Source: Hemiscyllium ocellatum (lineage: Eukaryota). Taken from it: a stretch of 64,000 nucleotides of DNA. A program made the position numbers and the translations under genes. The notes under the pieces were generated by a model. That model worked only from the letters and a program-made list of their open reading frames with translations. It ran no database searches and was not told where the DNA came from. The DNA lies in contig NC_083407.1 in assembly GCF_020745735.1 (NCBI RefSeq), forward strand, positions 97,950,748 through 98,014,747, in the 5' to 3' direction. This document shows, piece after piece, positions 61,549 to 64,000 of the stretch; position 1 is the first letter of the stretch; each line of letters begins with the position of its first letter.

Positions 61549-64000
61549 TTCATTATCCCTTTAACTCAAAAAAAGAAAAGCCTGGTTGAATTGGCTTCTT
61601 TCAAAGCATAAGTTGATTTAGTTTGGGAGAGAGGTATCCAAAGGAAAGAGATCCAGCCTCACTTTGACCCTTTCCCCGTATTCCTTCATTCCTTTCAGTA
61701 TCTAAACATTTTGTGAATCTTTGACTTGGATGAACTCAGACCGTTCCAAAGAATCCCGACAATCAGTGAAGACATTTCACTTGATCTCAGTCCTTAACAG
61801 CTAACTTCATTCTGAGACAATGTCACTCAATTCTAGGCTCTGCAGTCAGTGGAAAGTGATATCCAAGAATCTTTATACCTGAAGGAGATTACCTCTTTCT
61901 AAACTCTAGAAAATGTAGATCTAGTCAACTAAGTAGCTGCTGAGACGGCCTGCCCTTCCCAGAAGTCAATCTAGTAAATCATCATTGGTTCTCTAAAACA
62001 GGTATAATCTTCCAAAAGCAGATCGTAACTTCATTTACAGTATTCCAGGTTTGATCACTCAAATTATAATTGCTGCCAAACTTCCTTATTCTATTTCCCT
62101 TGCAGTAAAATTTAAAATGTGTATTTTCCTCATTGTTTTCTATACGTGCATTTCAATTTTCTATAATTTGTGCCATTGTGAGAACCCTAAATTATTTATG
62201 GACATATTGAACTCTTTGACGAGACTTTTTTTTTAAACCAAGACTCCAAGCTGAGCATTCTGACAATGTAACTCCTAAGAATAGAATTCTTGGACAGCTA
62301 AAAGATTCAGTGTGCGCACTGCTGGAACCATGCAGGGTGTCAGAGAAGCTTCAACAATGGAGACTTTGAAAGGCAAAAGATGCAATGCAGTCTAATTACA
62401 AGCAGGAAAACTTCTCCAGTGGGCCATGTTCCATTCTGTGGGAGTGATACTCTCCTGTTTGACTCTTCCAAGAATATACAGAAAGGGGTTTATAAACAAA
62501 CTGCAGTCCTGAGTCTGTACGTGTGCTTGAGCTGATGCACTGGTGTGGTCTACTGTATCGAGAAGGTCACAGCTTGAGGGTAACCCTTATGTCCCCTGTG
62601 TGCAAATAAAATAAAAGACACTCTCTTGCTCTCAGAGTGTTTAAAGTCAGACAGCTGCCATCAAAAAGGAAACAGAACAAAATAGTTAAAGGTAACCTGC
62701 AGAGCAAAGAATATTGAAGTGGACTGCTCGGCTGCCAGTGTCAATATTACAAGTATCACCCAATGTAACAGCAGCAATGTCCCACCATGCACCTTCATTA
62801 ATAACCCCGCTACTGGTCACTGCATGTTTTAACTTTTATAGGACTCAATTCTAATATGAGTTGTATTGTTACTGTTACTTTATCTAACAACTAATAAATT
62901 CACTACCCCTTTAACTCAAAAATGCCTGATTAAATTAACTCCTATTAAAACATAAGTTGATTTCGTATGGGAAAAAGGTGCGCAAAGGAAAGGGATCCTC
63001 TTTCATTAGAATCATTACATTTCATTTCATCCTTGTTGCAGCTAACTGAGGAGGAAGGGGGTCAGGCAAATGAAGAGAACTCAGTCCAACCCTCCATACC
63101 CTGAAGCATAACAATTTGAGTTATTCTGTCTGGAACAATAACAAATTTGAGAAGCTCACTGAGGACTGGTAGTAACGAAGTGAAGGCTCACCGAAGGTTT
63201 GAGCTCACGATGAAATGCAAGAACCAGTGGACAAGTTGCCTCTTATAAATCAAATTGTACAAACAAAAGCTGCCAAAGATGTCTCGAGTTTACTGCTACA
63301 CTACAGAAATGTCCACATTTTATGCCAGTGCATTTCTAGGAGATTTAGGGTAAGCTGCTTTTGAGGAGTTAAAAGTTTAGTCTCTCAAACAGCTGAAAGG
63401 TTTAGTGAGGCAATTTAGGAAATTCCCAAATTTTCAAAGTGCTGGTCAGTGATTTATGGGGAAATTGAGAATGATGAAATGGGTAGAGCTGTGGTAAAGA
63501 GATTTTCACTGGAGCAGCGGGAATTAGAAAATGCCTGGCATTCTCCCTGACAAAGTGCTCTCAAGATCTATGGTCAGACAACCTAAGCCAGTGGTGGTGG
63601 TACTGCCAGTTGAAATTTTTCTGGTCTATTCATCTGAAGCCTTTTCTAAAAGTCTCTGAGTAGCAACCCAACAAGCTGACTCACCATTGAAAACACCAGC
63701 TCAGGCTACACATACTGAAGATAAGGCAGAAGCAGTTCCTTAATGCTACTGTATTAAAAGTATTGATGAGGAAATGCACACTTCGTCACAAATCTGCAGA
63801 TGAGGAATTGGAAGTGCTCTGCCAGATAGCAATGCTGCTGTGTTACAGTAGGAAAATATTGTGGCTAGTGCATTAAAACCGAATAGCTGGACAAATTGGT
63901 ATATGCAAAACTCAAGCTTGCATCAGCTGACATTTCTACTTACCACAGATCCAAAAGAATGTAGTAAGACCCGCCATACCTCGGAAACCCAAACTACAAT

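Noticed and set aside
63042-64000. Possible exon of a downstream gene after an acceptor-like TTGCAG
   Set aside because: No sustained open frame or recognisable caspase or DED motif.

Overview
Eukaryotic, repeat-rich vertebrate DNA. The HE1-type tRNA-SINEs and abundant CR1 and Penelope repeats point to a shark or other cartilaginous fish. Two protein-coding genes on + can be rebuilt exon by exon with consistent splice phases. NDUFB3 has 2 coding exons (21056-26008, 89 aa). CFLAR/c-FLIP has 9 coding exons (about 32991-60598, about 520 aa): two DEDs plus a catalytically dead caspase domain. A CpG-rich minus-strand promoter and first exon at about 13.4-13.8 kb is probably FAM126B/HYCC2, by synteny only. 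The rest is transposon-derived: a decayed full-length L1-clade LINE, many CR1 fragments, SINEs, a solo LTR and a 1.5-kb 24-bp minisatellite. The most striking structure is a Penelope-like retroelement in CFLAR intron 4. It forms a near-perfect fold-back palindrome (about 1.92-kb arms, 2-nt loop, 36-nt tail, 14-bp TSD), with a young, open-ORF CR1 inserted into one arm. It carries minimal hammerhead-ribozyme motifs. The same design (inverted arms, about 35-nt tail, TSD, hammerhead) recurs in several 60-240-bp non-coding mini-elements across the window. No tools were used: family names rest on motif recognition, and ribozyme activity and isoforms are untested inferences.
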